Shown here: piece after piece, positions 39,885-53,384 of the stretch
Position numbering within the stretch: the stretch's first letter is position 1
How the letters are laid out: each line of letters opens with the position of its first letter
Assembly (NCBI RefSeq): GCF_018350175.1
Contig: NC_058368.1
Coordinates: 226,240,001 to 226,304,000 of the forward strand
DNA: 64,000 nt
DNA from: Felis catus
Taxonomy: Eukaryota
Direction of reading: 5' to 3'
The notes under the pieces: model-generated
Told to the model about the DNA's origin: nothing
What the model saw: only the letters and a program-made list of their open reading frames with translations
Databases searched by the model: none
Position numbers and translations under genes: made by a program

Positions 39885-42331
39885 AGAACAGCGTCTAGAA
39901 CCTGGGTTGCACAAGTCGTCGTCATTATTTTCGTGCAGACAAAGGAAGCACAAAGAGCTATGGGATCGCTTAGCTGAAGGATACAGTTGTGTCTAAGGGG
40001 TGGCTAATGTCTCACACAGTAAATTACGTTGCAAGCTGGCAGCTGAAAACTGGTTAGAAGCTGGGCAATCGGGAGCGAGGGGAGGCTTATGGATATGGGA
40101 AGCAAAGCAGGGAGCATCTCGGAGGCTGGCAGGAGGAGCAGTGAGTTTCCCAGCAAACAGAAGTTCACGGGCAACAGCAACGCGTAAAGGGAAGAGGGAG
40201 AAGGGAAAGCTGAAGTTCGAGAGGTGACAGAGGCCAAGGGTGCAAAACAAACCACGGGGTGTTGACTTGGGCTGCTTCCGCTCGCTAACATTGATCGGTT
40301 AGCATGAAAGGGATTCTGTTAGTACAACGGTCATTGAAAAACCAGTATCTTCAGAAGTGTTCTGTGGAGCAACGTGTATGTTATCTCAGAGAAGCTTTGG
40401 TGGACCCAAATGCACTCACTTTGTCCTCCTGGTTTGTTTCCAGCACTTATAAATTAGACAGAATAAACCAGAAGTTACCGGAAAAAGAAAAGAGGGAAAC
40501 CAGCCCCCTCGGCGTTTCACTTCCGCACCACCTCCTGTGGCGGGTGTGAGGGACCTGCCTTCCCTACCCGGCCGGTCAACTCGGTTGCTCACAGACCGTC
40601 CCGGGCCAGGAGACCATTGCCCGTGATGCCAACTCTGCCAAGAGGGAGACTTCAGCTCAAGCCAATTTATTCGACCTTGGGCCTCCTCTTTCTTCGGGGA
40701 GTTCCCGACCAGGCAGCGTGTGGCCCACCTCCTTCAGTGAAGGGAGCGCTGGAAGGGGCAGAAGTCACTCGATGGCCCTTCACCGGTTCTGGAAGCCAGC
40801 TGACATGTCCCGTAAGGTCAGAGCGGCATCTGAGGGGCTGGCCTTGCTTCTTCCAAGGGGAGCTGAATCGCCTCCCACAGTCTTCCCGCAGGTGCCCGCA
40901 TAGACGCAGCAGTAGCAGTCCACACCGCACGTCTCCACTGGCAGGCTGGCTTCGTGCTCCCCACCCAGAGACGTCAAGCATCAGGTGTTCTCTGATTACC
41001 GGGAACCTGTGCTCTGTCTCAGAAAAATCAATGCTTTTGATTTTCACAGCCTCCCCGCTGCATCATCCTGCTGTTCAGCCCATCATTCTGGGTAGTTTGA
41101 TGTCTCTCGAACATACCTAGCGCTGTTTTCCCCCTCTTTTCTTTGACACAAGTTGCTGAACTTTCACGGAGACCCCTGTAGCACTTGTTTTCTCTGTTCA
41201 AGAAAAATCATGCAATAAATATGAGTTGCGTTGGCAGCACAAAGATGAGCTATAAGACTTCGGGTGTTTTTTAATACTTTACGTAAAAAACACTTCGTGA
41301 TTGTCCGAGTGTTTTTGAAAATGAGTATTGTCATCTCCGTGGCTCTCGCCATGGTTATTCATCGTTCCTTCCCCTGAGGAACATGCACTCACGGAGACGT
41401 AAAATGATTTTGACCCTTACAGGCCAACCTTGAGGGACCAGCGTGGAAGGAAAAGAAACACTCTATGCGTTCGAAGAGGTGGGAGGCCTGGCCTGTTAAA
41501 ATGGTAGATGTCAGTGGAGATGACAGGGCTTAAAAAAAGTGCTTTCAGAATCGGAAGGAGGAGGAGATAATTAACCGTTAAGGTACCTGTTCTGGTTACA
41601 GGATAACATCAGTAATAAACCTATTCATGGACAGCTTTTATAATTACCATGTATCTGCTCTGGAATGAGATAGAACCTATCCCATTCCTAAATACTGGTG
41701 TCACCAACATGGATATCACTGATCATGTCTGTCGGCTGGTGTGAATTGGTGGGAAGCCAGCAAATGAAACAGAAGTTGGAGATAATCAGTGAAGCTACTT
41801 GTAGATGAAGTCTTGGCTTTCAGAGAGATTTAATAATCTCCTTCTTAACAGAGCCTTCATTTCTCTCAGGAGTTTTTGGGATATTGGTTGCAGAATGATT
41901 TCTAATAATCCTCAAGAGGCACTGAGGCCGAGACAGAATTCATTTTGCTCTTAAGAATTACAATGCAATTATTTTATATAATCGGATACTAAATTTGGCC
42001 GGAAAACTTCAAGATAAAAGCCTCCTGATGCTATAGCCTCTCTGCCCAGTAGTTGACATTTGTGCCCTGAGGCACAGAGGTGTCACACTTCTGCACACGA
42101 CTCCGAGAGAGGACTTTGGTTAGGCCTTGGCCTCCTAACTTGAACGGAGAGCTAACTCTGCCTCTGCAAAGTCGCTCACCTACTCTTGGTTCTGGGCAGG
42201 GTTGGAATCGCCTAGTTATCGCTGCTTGGACCAGGCATCTCTGCTATGGCTCCCCACTGCCCATAAGACTCGCATCTGAGTCCATATACACCAAGAATAG
42301 CGTCCACCCAGATTTTAGGCAGTGGGGTGGT

Positions 42332-42730
42332 GCTGTGGACTGAATGTTTGTGGCCCCTCAGAATTCATACGTTGACACCCTAATTTCCAAATGATCGTAT
42401 TAGGAAATGGGGCGGTGATTCGTTTTAGATGAAACCACGAGGCCAAGCTCCCATGATAGAATGAATGTCCTTATAAGAAGAAGAGACTAGAGCTGTGTCT
42501 CTGTCTCTGTGTCTCCCTGTCTCTGTCTCTGTCTCTCTGTCTCTCTCTCGTGAGGACATGGCAAAGAGGCACCATCTGCAAAGCAGGAAGTGAGCTCTCA
42601 CCAGACATTGAATCAGCCAGCACCTCGATCTTGGACCTCCCACGCCCCAGAACTGTGAGAAATAAAAGTTCTCTGTTTAAGTTCTTCCATCCATGCTATT
42701 TATTACGGCAACCTGAGCTGACTAAGACAG
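42332..42730 (+). mobile_element. MLT1A-like MaLR solo LTR
   Basis: gctgtggactgaatgtttgtg ... ccagaactgtgagaaataaa ... gagctgactaagaca. Confidence 0.88.
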
Positions 42731-43452
42731 GCGAGGAAGAATTTTAGCGAGCGTCTGCTGGATAGTAAACATTTTAGGCTCTGTGGGCCATCTGTCTGCA
42801 ACGAGATATTGACTACAACCCAACATGGAGGTGGACACCTAGGGCTGAGGGTGAAGGGGAAGTGAGGGGGAGGTTGGTCAAGGTCTCTGACAGTCTGGAG
42901 CCCCCTGCCTCCTGCCCGGCTCCCCTCTATTCTATGTGAGACGGAAATATGCTTCTAACTCAGTGAAGCCATTAATCACACTGAGCTTCAGGTTGCTTGC
43001 TCCCTAACCTATTTCTCACTAATCCAGGCACCTGAATCGCAACTCAAAATACTTTAAGCCACACTGATCTTCTTTGCCATCCCACTTTACTTTCCCATTC
43101 TCTCAGTGTGGAGAAGAAAGGCGGAGACAACGTGGTGGTTCCCAGCAGAATGAATGAACTAGAAATGGCATCGGTGTGTTAAGAGCAAGATTGGCCCCCC
43201 ACGTAAATCCACGTGGCTGGAAGTTCCATGTCTTCTTCCCCAGCGCTGCCACAGACCATACGATTGCTTGTCCTCAGTGCGTCACGTAACAGTCAGGGGT
43301 TTTGGTTCCAGGAAACCAAAAAACAACACGCAAATGAAACTTTGACTGACCGAAACAGAGAAGTATTTTACTGAGAAGACGTAGGATAACTCTCAGGACA
43401 CAAGACCATAATAACTGGGGGGGAAAAGCCATTGAAAAGGAACATGGAGGGG

Positions 43453-43646
43453 GAGGCGCCTGGGTGGCTCAGTTGGCTAAGCGTCCAACTTCAACTCAGG
43501 TCATGATGTCACAGCTGGTGAGTTCGAGCCCTGGGTCGGGCTCTGGGCTGACAGCTCAGAGCCTGGAGCCTGCTTCGGATTCTGTGTCTCCCTCTCTCTC
43601 TGCCCCTCCCCCATTCATTCTCTCTCTCTCTCTCTCTCTTTCTCAA

Positions 43647-43686
<40 letters not shown>

Positions 43687-43688
43687 AA
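43453..43688 (+). mobile_element. CAN-SINE with a (GAAA)n tail
   Basis: TSD aaaaggaacatgg; the tail is a GAAA microsatellite at ~43648-43688. Confidence 0.95.
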
Positions 43689-44617
43689 AGGAACATGGGA
43701 CACTGGCAGCAACTAGGACCATGCCAAACCATGGGACAATAACCAGTCAGAAGAGGACACCATTGCAACCTTCAGAACTGAACAAGAATGCCGCTGTTGT
43801 GGCATTGAATCTGCAGTTTCTGACCACCTTGCTGCCACCACCTACCTCCCTGTTTTTTGCTTGTTTGTTTGTTTTATACCATGAGATCCCAGTTCAGAAT
43901 TGGCGGCAAGTGCAAGTCAGGCTGATAATGTAAAAGTCTAGGGTTTTCAACATCTGCATTGAGAATCAAGCTTCGTCTCCCACTGTGACTTGTGAACTGA
44001 AGGAACCATCCATTTTAAGAGGGTTTCAGACGCCCAACAGCCAGAGACAGAGGGAGAAGGAGAGAAACAGAAAGACAGAGAAACTGACTACAACAGGACT
44101 CCATTTGCCCTGAGCAGGTCAAATGAAATAATCTCTGAAGTTGTTTTAACTTTTCTAGGGTTCTCGTTCTAGAAAAGTAACATCCTGATGCTTATGCATG
44201 TTTTAAACATGTTTCTTGTCATTTAAGAAACACATGGGAGGAAGCCCCACACAAAATATCCGTTTTCTGAGCTGCTTGGGCCTGACTAAAAATCTCGAGG
44301 CAAATAGGTTCCCTCTTGCAAGCTAATGTCTATTGATTTTGATTTCCAAAACTGTTATGTAAAACATAATTCAGAGAATGACCCTATATGTATCAGGAAA
44401 GAGAGTTGGGGTCTATTACCGTGGACTTCTACACAGGGGCTGGAGTGGGGAGGCGTTGCACTTGTGTGACCTACCTACCAATCCAGTCTACACTCAGGAA
44501 TATTAGGGGGCCAAGGCTCTCTTTTGCATACCCATGTTTTTCTCCCCAAAGGGGGACCTATGAATGAGAATCCTTCTCTCTTAGGAGAGGTTCAGGTCAT
44601 GATAGCAAATAGGCCAG

Positions 44618-45068
44618 GATGAAATGATTAATTTTATATGTCAGTGTGACTAGGCCACCAGACATTTTAGTCAAACATCATTCTGGTATGTCTGTGAGGA
44701 TGTTTTTGGATGAGATCAACACTTGAATCAGTAAACTAAGTAAAGCAAATTGCCCTTCTTGATGTGATTCTCATCGAAGCCACCGAAGACCTGAATAAAA
44801 TCAAAAGATTGAGTAAGAGGGTATTTTGTCTTTCTGACTGTTGAGCTGAGACATTGACCTTCTCATGCCCTTGGACTAGTACTTAAAACATAAACTCTTC
44901 TGGTTCTCAGGCCTTTAGACCAATTCAGACTGAAACCACACCACTGCCCTAGTGGGTCTCCAGCTTGGGACTCCTCATTCTCCACAATTAGGTGAGCTGA
45001 TTTCTTCTAATAAATATTCTATATATACATATGTCTTGTTTTGGTCCTTAGGGGAACCCTAAGACACA
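44618..45068 (+). mobile_element. MLT2-like (ERVL) solo LTR
   Basis: gattaattttatatgtcagtgtgactaggcca, tgtctgtgaggatgtttttggatgagat, ggaaccctaagacaca. Confidence 0.82.
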
Positions 45069-45829
45069 GGACTATACTCAGCTCAGCTAGGACGAGGGTC
45101 AATGCTGGGTGAGGTCACTTGCCCCCCCCACCCAGTTCTGCATCCACAATGATGAACAAGGGCATCCAGATCATTAGTCACCAGTGTAGCTGCTTGTTTG
45201 GACTCTGTTCCAGTGGACTTAAGTGACGTTACCAGAGTCAGGTTAGAAGACCTGGGGTAATGGTGTAGACCAGCAATTGGTGGTGGTGGGGGGGGGTGGT
45301 TCTCTCTTTGAAGCACAGACCCTGATGCCTCTCCATGGTGGATTTCAGAACAAAAAGTGACTGTACTGAGAAGGTGGAATACTAAAAAAGCAGATCCAAG
45401 AAAAAGCCTGAATTTTTGGGCTGAGAAAAACTTGGAGAGTTTCCATGTGAATTCTTTCCCGTTAGTGGATTCTGTATTTTCTTCCAACTCATCTGCTTTA
45501 GTCAGTTCTGTATTTGCAGAACCTCTAGGCTATACTCTCTTGGTTTACCAGAACACTAGGCACACCAACACTAGACGACTGTGACCTTCTATGATTTGGC
45601 ACACAGATCGTTTATTCATATTTATCAAAATACTCACTAATAATGTGAGTTTGGACGGTGGCCTTTGCTTGCAGGTGGAAAGTGGGACTCTGGTCACAAA
45701 GAAAGTGGAAGCTTCAGTTATTTCTACTCCTTGCTTTATACAGCACCCTGCTAAGGAAGCATGTCTTAACTAGATAGAATCCATCTATTAAGGTAGATAC
45801 AAAAATACCAATAAATAGATTCTGTTCTT

Positions 45830-47090
45830 CTCTCTCTTTTTCCTTCTTATGTTCCCCTTATGCAGATGTTACACATTTTGTAGCTGTCCCAAGAGTCCTA
45901 GGACTTTGTTTGTTTGTTTGTTTGTTTTTTCAGTCTTTGTTCTCCAAGCTTTTAATGTTTTGAAGATCCTACTGATGTATCCTCTAGCTCAAGGATTCTT
46001 CCGTTGGTCATGTCCAGTCTACTAATAAAGCCATCAAAGGCATTTTTCATTTTTCTTTCTGTTTTTTTTAATCTTTAACATTTTTTTTCTGTTCTTTCTG
46101 AGGATACTATCTTTCTGCCTACATTGCCCATTTGTTCTTGCATGGTGTCTACTTTACCTGTTAGAGCCCTTAGCACATGAATCATAGTTGTTTTAAATTC
46201 TCGTACTGATACTTCCAACATCCCTGCCGTGTCTGCTCTGATACTCGCTCTGTCTCTTCAAATTGTGGGTTTTTTTTCTCCTTTTGGTATGCCTTGCAAC
46301 TTTTTCTTATAGAACCTCTTCTTTTCTGATAGCTGGCTATGATATACTAGGTATAAAAGAAATTGTTGTGAATTGCTGTAAATTTAGTCATGTGGTGGTG
46401 GGGTGTCGGGAAGGGGAAGTGTTCTATAGTCTGTGATTAGGTCTCAGTCTTTCAGCGAGCCTATGCCTCAGGTCTGTGAACTTTGCATGTGGCTCTCAGT
46501 TTTTGTTTTTCCTTCCTATGTGGGACAGGATGACTAGAGGGGACTGGGTTTGGGTATTTCCCTTTGCTGGGTCAATTAGGCAGTTTAGGCTCTGGTTCAT
46601 TAGTCTCCCCTGAAGGCAGGCTTTGTTAAGACTAGAGTGCTCTGGCTTTTTCAAAATGGTTCCCCTTCCCATGTCCCTGCCAGAAGTCTGGTAGGATTTG
46701 TTTAGTATGAGAATCTGGTCAAGTTCCTGGAGGCAAATCTGACACTATTGATGGGGCCCCCAAAGACTGGACCCAAAGACTGGGTCCCCTGAAATTTTAA
46801 GCTTTCAGAACTGTACACACTGGGGCTCCAGCAATCCTTCAATATGGTTAAATTTCCTTCCCCAGCTCCACTTTCCATGGTGGTTTATACTCCTGCATCT
46901 CCACTCTGGGAAACCTCAGCTCCCCATGTTCACCTGTCTGTTTCTCCCATCTCAGGGGCAGTGGATTCCCTGTGTCCTCCCCTCTCACAGATCCAAGAAG
47001 AGTTGTTGATTTTTTTAGTCTATTCAGCTTGTCCCTTGTTATGAGGATGTAGGGATCACTTCCAAACTCTGGAAGCTTCAAGTCTTAAAT
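45830..47090 (-). mobile_element. Old L1 5'/ORF1 region fragment (L1M-like)
   Basis: tcctctagctcaaggattcttcc, tgtccagtctactaataaagccatcaaaggcattt antisense motifs. Confidence 0.7.
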
Positions 47091-47869
47091 TCTGGCTGTG
47101 AATTAATTATGAGTAAGTTAGGGAAACATTCTGTGAGCTTCTGAGAAGATCTAAGAAGAGGTGTCTTTGGGGAAAGCTTTATTCCTCATTTTTTTAAATT
47201 CAGAAATTAGTTGTTTTAAGAGACTTTGTTAGAAAATATTCCAGACTCATCACAAAGGACAGAGAACTTAGTAAACAATTGCATATCAATTATCTAAGAA
47301 ATAAAAAGTGGGTTCCAATGCATCTGTTACTAAGCATTCTTTTTAGGCTACAAAAAGTTATTTCCATTTCTAATCTATTTGCATGATCTAGAACCCATGA
47401 ATGCAAAGGTCAATTCAAGTACTTGAACCACATAAGATTCTTTCTCTCATTGTAAAGTCATCTCTCTTTACTGGTCCTGATTGGCTTTTGGCTGTCGCAT
47501 CAGTCCTCTGAAGATGACAGCTGTCCTCTAGGAAGGGGTGTCAAGGGAATGCATTATAGTCTCTGAAGGCCATTTTAGTGATGAGGTAAGAGAATTTGCT
47601 CCAAAGCAAAATCATTGGAATCAGTGTATAAATTCCCAGGGTGGTAACACTGAGGTGATGATGGTCGCTTGACTATATAAATTCTTGAATGGCCGGTAAC
47701 ATCTGTCACATTATTTAATAGGATTATTTTCAAATGTCTTCATGGAATTTTCACAGTACGACTTGTAACTCTTACTTCTGGGAAGCTCCTTTTCACATCA
47801 ACCCTTAATACCTCTTCTACAATCCAGCTGATTACATTCTGCTTGACCTTGAGTCATGATAACAATAGT

Positions 47870-48045
47870 TACCTTTTGAGACTCAGAATGGCTCTCCGCC
47901 CATGAGGTGGGTACTGTTACAGCCCCTGTTTACAGAAGAACAACATCACATTTGGTGCGATGAAGTACTTTGTCCAGAGTCACACGGCGAGGATGGAAGG
48001 GAGCTGGGATTCACACTCTCTCAGATTCTGGGATCTTTAACCATT
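47870..48045 (-). mobile_element. MIR
   Basis: catgaggtgggtactgttacagcccctgtttacagaagaa ... gagctgggattcacac. Confidence 0.65.
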
Positions 48046-48830
48046 GCTCTTCAGATCCCCACTAGAGGAGATGGCTTCTCAGACATCAGGAGCTCATTTT
48101 CCCCAGAGACGGAAATGGACACTGTCTTCCCCAACACATAAAGGAACTCCTCTTGGAATGGGTTGCTCTATCTTGAATTCCTTCAGGTCTCATAGACTCA
48201 ATAAAAGTGAGTGGCTCGGTGTGGAGCTACCCACAGGATACCTGCACTTTTCCATTGTGAGCTATTGTCTCCAAAAGGGGTTTTGCCAGAGAATCTTAAT
48301 TCCTTATGCTTGGAAGTAGATGGACCTGGTTCCTTTGCATTAGTTGCTAGGTGACTCACTGTACCAGCCAGCCAGAATTATAGATGCAAGGCAGAGCATA
48401 AGAGGGAGGCCAAAAAACGGTCCTCTCCTAAAATCCCAAAGGACTCATTTTCAGCATGTCTCTGGGCCCTTGGGAGACAATCATAACAATGTACGCCATC
48501 TCCATCCAAAGGAAAATAGAAAAGACTCTCCTTTTTAAATCTTGGGCAGATAGCCATGCACTACATTCAGTTCCTAGGTTTTCTGCCACAGATATGGAGC
48601 CTTAGCTGGTTGTGGATTTCACCCAACATACTAATCTTATAGTGTTAACTTCTACTCCCCACCACCACCCTAAATAGTCCTTTGTTTCTTGGGGAAATGT
48701 ACATGCCATCCCCACCCCAGTTTCAGGTCAAAACTACCTTTTCGAAAAATCACTTGACAACTTCTCTATTTAACAACTTACTTAAATACTTTGCCTTTCT
48801 GGGCAGTTGTATCTTGGGAGAGGTTTTTCT

Positions 48831-49059
48831 TTTTCTTTCTTCTTTTTTTTTTTTTATTTTTTTAATGCTTATTTTTGAGAGAGAGAGAGAGAGTGCAAGT
48901 GGGGAGGGGCAGAAAGAGAGGGAGGCACAGAATCTGAAGCAGACTTCAGGCTCTGAGCGGTTAGCACAAAGCCCGACACGGGGCTTGAACCCACGAACCG
49001 TGAGATCGTGACTTGAGCTGAAGTCAGACGCTCAACCGACTGAGCCACCCAGGCGCCCC
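48831..49059 (-). mobile_element. CAN-SINE
   Basis: TSD gggagaggtttttct / gggagtggtttttct. Confidence 0.95.
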
Positions 49060-49224
49060 GGGAGTGGTTTTTCTAATAGCTTCCTGACCTCCCAATAATT
49101 TTAACAACACTTTCTCTGGACAGCTGCTATTTTTCCTCTACCTCCGTTCTATTTGAAAAGTTTTAAATATTTGCTCTGATTTTTTTTTTGACTGTCTTGT
49201 AGAATTACATTTAAGATTGGCCAT

Positions 49225-50290
49225 GACTGAGTGATAGAGTGGCTTTCCCCTGCCTTTGATTTTGAGCTTAGCCACATGACTTTCTTTGGCTATCCTAATT
49301 TCTATTGCTGTTATAATAAATTGCCACAGACGTATTGGCTTAAAACCACCTCCGTTTATTATCTCACAGTTTCTGTAGGTTAGAATCCAGTGGACTCAAA
49401 ACTTGGTCTTCTGCTTAGGGTCTTTCAAGGCCTAAATCCACATTACATAAAGGATGAACTCTTTAAGGAAAGTTCTAAGGATGTGTCTGTTCCCAACTTC
49501 ATTCACATGGTTGGTCCAATTCAGCTCCTTATGCAGAAAGGAGACCCTCCATTTCCTTCCTGGCTGTTGGAGGTTGGGGAGGGGGGTGCAGTCTTTGCTT
49601 CTACTGGCTGTCTGCATTGCTTCTTGAGCTGTCTTCCTCTGGCTTGAAGATGTGGCCTCCTCCAGCAAGGGCGGGTTGAATTTCTGTCATACTTCAATTC
49701 TCTCTATCTTTCCCTTCTGTGGCATCTCTCTCCCACCAGCTAGAGAAAGTTCTCTGATTTTGAGGACACGTGGAAATAGATTGGGTCCATACGGGTAATC
49801 TTGGATATCTCCCTATTTTTAAGAATCATAATCCTAATTACTTCTGTAAAGTCCCTTTTGTTACATAAATGTAATATATTCACAGGTTCCAGCGATTAGG
49901 ATATGAGCATCTTTGGGGACCATTCTAACCACCATATTGGTCGGCAGGATGTTAGCAAAGGACATGCACGCAAAGACATGAAATGTCCATGCAAGAATGA
50001 CTTTGAGCTCTGGTTCTTCCTTCATCACCATGGGAACAACTCGTGTAGCTGATGACTCTTCTGCTTGGGCCCTACAATGAATACAGTTGGAAGAGCTCTG
50101 AGCCAACACATAGTGAGGATCCAAGCTCAGCACAACCTGTATCTCGAAGCAGTGCCACCAGGTTAATCCCAGCCTGGATCAGTCCCTTTACAGTCCCCTT
50201 ATCCTGAGAGTAAATGATTATCCTCATCTGCCACTGAGTTCATGGGAGATTTTCCCATAGAGAATTATTGTGGCAATTGCTCACTTGGTA
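49225..50290. mobile_element. Nested MaLR LTRs: an MLT1 (~49290-49930, antisense) inside an older MLT1 (sense)
   Basis: The outer gccacatgactttctttggc joins aggatgttagcaaaggacatg. The inner runs from ttctattgctgttataataaattgccaca to gcatctttggggaccatt. Confidence 0.7.
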
Positions 50291-50444
50291 TAGCAATTGA
50301 CCTTAAAAAATAAAACAAAGCACATTTTTTTCCCCTTCCTTTCTTGTTTTCCGATCTAAATTTTAGTTCAAAATCTGTGCCAACCCTATTTCAACCTGGA
50401 ATATGAGCTTTATTACTGTAAAAAAAGCTCTGTCCAAGGACAGA

Positions 50445-50595
50445 AAAGTTGGCCTTGAACTCTGGCTCTACGTTTGACTCGTGTGCTCTTAGACAAGTCA
50501 TTTTATCTCTATGTGTCTTGAATCTTCCTGTATAAATTAGGAAAATAACTCCAAACTTATAGGATTATAGCAAAAATTAAATGAAATAATACATT
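50445..50595 (+). mobile_element. MIR
   Basis: cttagacaagtcattttatctctatgtgtct ... attaaatgaaataatac. Confidence 0.65.
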
Positions 50596-52117
50596 ATTTC
50601 ATTCAACTGGTCTTTGGTATATTCACAAAGCTAAAACGTATTGGGTCTCTACGTGAGCCAGGTATTCCGTGAAGGATCAAGGAATCAAAGATTAATGAAG
50701 ACAAATTTCTTATTTTTAAGAAGTCTCCATCTCCACGAGTAAAGTATTTTATAAATGCTAAAGCAGTCTACAAATTCAAGGCATTGCTGTTATATTTCTT
50801 CTTCTTTTGCTTATCCCTTCCCATTAGACATGAACTACCTTTCCATAATTTCTGTCCTTTTTTCCTCTATCTTGTCAATCAATTGTTGGCTCTTTTTAAA
50901 CATTAACATCCCTCAGATTCCACCTTCACGTTCTTAACTTGAAATAAAAGGTAGTTACATTTATGCATTGGGGAAAAAAGCATTTCACTTCAGGGAGACC
51001 CAAATCCAGTAAGCCCTGTAGGCAAGCATGGGAGCTTTTCAGTTGAAAAGGATTAACCTTTCTTAGATCGATTGAAAATCCTCTTATTTATTTTCTTCAC
51101 TCATAAAAATGCACCTCAGGGCATATGTGCATCAGTACCAAAACCCAACAACAACACAAATGAGTTACATGCCATTCTAAATAAAAGATTATAATGGAAA
51201 TTGTCTGACTGCATTTGTTGCTGTAATCCTCCAAAGCCCCATCTAACTATTCATCTTTCCTTCAGGATCGGAGCATTTCTATAAATTCTTATGGCCCTTA
51301 ATAGTTCTCTTTTCCAGACATGATCATTATTCAAAGTGTAACCCAATAGAATATTTTTGGAACATTGCATTACTGTCATTCATTATGCTATTTTAGCTTT
51401 GGTTTGCTTCCCTGCTTCTTTCTATCTCCTTTTCCCCTGCACTATGTCTCTGGACCAGAGCAAATGTTCCTTTTGTTGGGCTGCCCGTGATAGTCAAAAA
51501 TAACACGAAGTGTGCATAGCTTGACCCGTTCTGCAACAACTCACCAACAGTCTAAATGACAGAATATTGGCATAGAAACTTGCTTTAGGGACACATCAAC
51601 ACCCCACCGAGAACCGCCAAGAGGGCTGCTGCACTGTGATAAGTGTCCCCTTTCCCCTAGTGCCAAAACTGACCATGCCTCCATGGAATCATCTTAACCT
51701 TGTCTTGAGAAGGGCCTCTGGTCCAAGCCTAAAGTACCTTCAAGAGCCACTGTGATGGTAACTCATTTAAGTTTCTACACTGTTCTCAAAGACCTTCTTA
51801 CCATGAAGATATTCTTGCATACGATGAGTGATTGAATGGTAACAGACCCTCAGTATCATCATGCTTTCCAAGGAGACGGCCAACAGAGTGGAATTTGCAA
51901 CAACACTCATTTAAGGGACAGATCACTCGCTAGTCACTGCAGTGTGTTTTTGTCATTCTGGTCATCACTTGTACCAGGATATGATATCCAACATTTGGGT
52001 GTGAGAGCCAGAGAAGATATGGTATATGCTGGGAATGGGAGATACTGTCTACTGATGCTGGTCTTAGGGGAAGTGTCATGAGGCATGTTAGAGAGGCTTA
52101 TCAATAGAAGTAGTCCT

Positions 52118-52360
52118 GGGGCGCCTGGGTGGCGCAGTCGGTTGGGCGTCCGACTTCAGCCAGGTCACGATCTCGCGGTCTGTGAGTTCGAGCCCCGCGT
52201 CAGGCTCTGGGCTGATGGCTCAGAGCCTGGAGCCTGTTTCCGATTCTGTGTCTCCCTCTCTCTCTGCCCCTCCCCCGTTCATGCTCTGTCTCTCTCTGTC
52301 CCAAAAATAAATAAACGTTGAAAAAAAAAATTTAAAAAATAAAAATAAAAAAAAATAAAA
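52118..52360 (+). mobile_element. Young SINEC_Fc, no visible TSD
   Basis: Near-consensus CpG-rich body and long A-rich tail; the flanks do not match. Confidence 0.96.
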
Positions 52361-53384
52361 TGTGGTAGTTTAGAGAAATTCTGGTCTCCTCCTGTTCCTT
52401 CTTCCCTGAAGCTTAGTGTGCAGCGTCTTCATCTGGTCAAGAGTAGGGGTCTTGATTTGGTAGGCTGCAAATATATTCCATGTCTAAATTCTGTAACTTA
52501 GAAAAGTGAGTTCAATACAAGTAAGTCTCCTTCAGCTTCCTTCTCTCCCAAGTATGTGATAAAACTTCAGAGGACTGACTTATCTGTCAATGCCTTAAAG
52601 TATAATGGTTAAAAGAAATCCCAGAGACCATTTGGATTATTCTCTTGCCTTTTGGCAGATTGTCCAAACCACCCAACATTGCTCTTCATGTCAGTATGAA
52701 ACTACTATTACACAACTCCAACCAAAAGAGATCCCAATGGACATGTGGTCAAGGCTTATCTCCTCTTGATAGAGTCTTATGAGCAAACCCCTGGGTCCTG
52801 TACATCCAATTTAATCACGTTGACAAGATTGTACCTTTCAAAGATGGACATGACCTACTCTTACCTTTATCTTCACTAGGCTTTCCAATGTCTGGTACAT
52901 AGATGTTTCAGAAACGTTTGTGGCATAGATAAAAGGCTCAGTTCCAGATCCTTGGCATTTTTAGAGCTGATGAAGTCTGCTAAGAATTATATTAAGTCTA
53001 GATCATACTAGGCACAAAAATCCTCACTGTGCCTGTTCCACTACTGGAAAATGAAATTCAGTATGAAGCTTATTAGCGAATGTGGATGACATTTCAAAAC
53101 TATTGCATGGATGTAAGCCATGGTGAATAAGCGGGTGGGAAAGAAAGGAGCAAAATCTTCTTGGTCGAATCAAGCCTATTTTGAATAAATGATCATTAGC
53201 AAATTGTGTCTATGACAATGGATTAATGAAAATATTACACGATCATCCGAACACTGCTCTAGTGCAGAGTGGAGATTAAACACAAGGAAACTTTATGGAC
53301 TTAATTTTCAGATGCCAAGTAACCTAGTGCTTCAGGCTGGGAAGGAGGAAGATAAAGTGGGCTGAACCGGAGCTTTTTCAATTT

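Noticed and set aside
40617..41120. Overlapping 126-167 aa ORFs on both strands
   Set aside because: Expected where GC is higher; no homology recognised.
2485..52321. Recurring ORFs such as AQVMISRFVSSSP...LTAQSLEPASDSVSPSLS
   Set aside because: Translations of CAN-SINEs, not a gene family.
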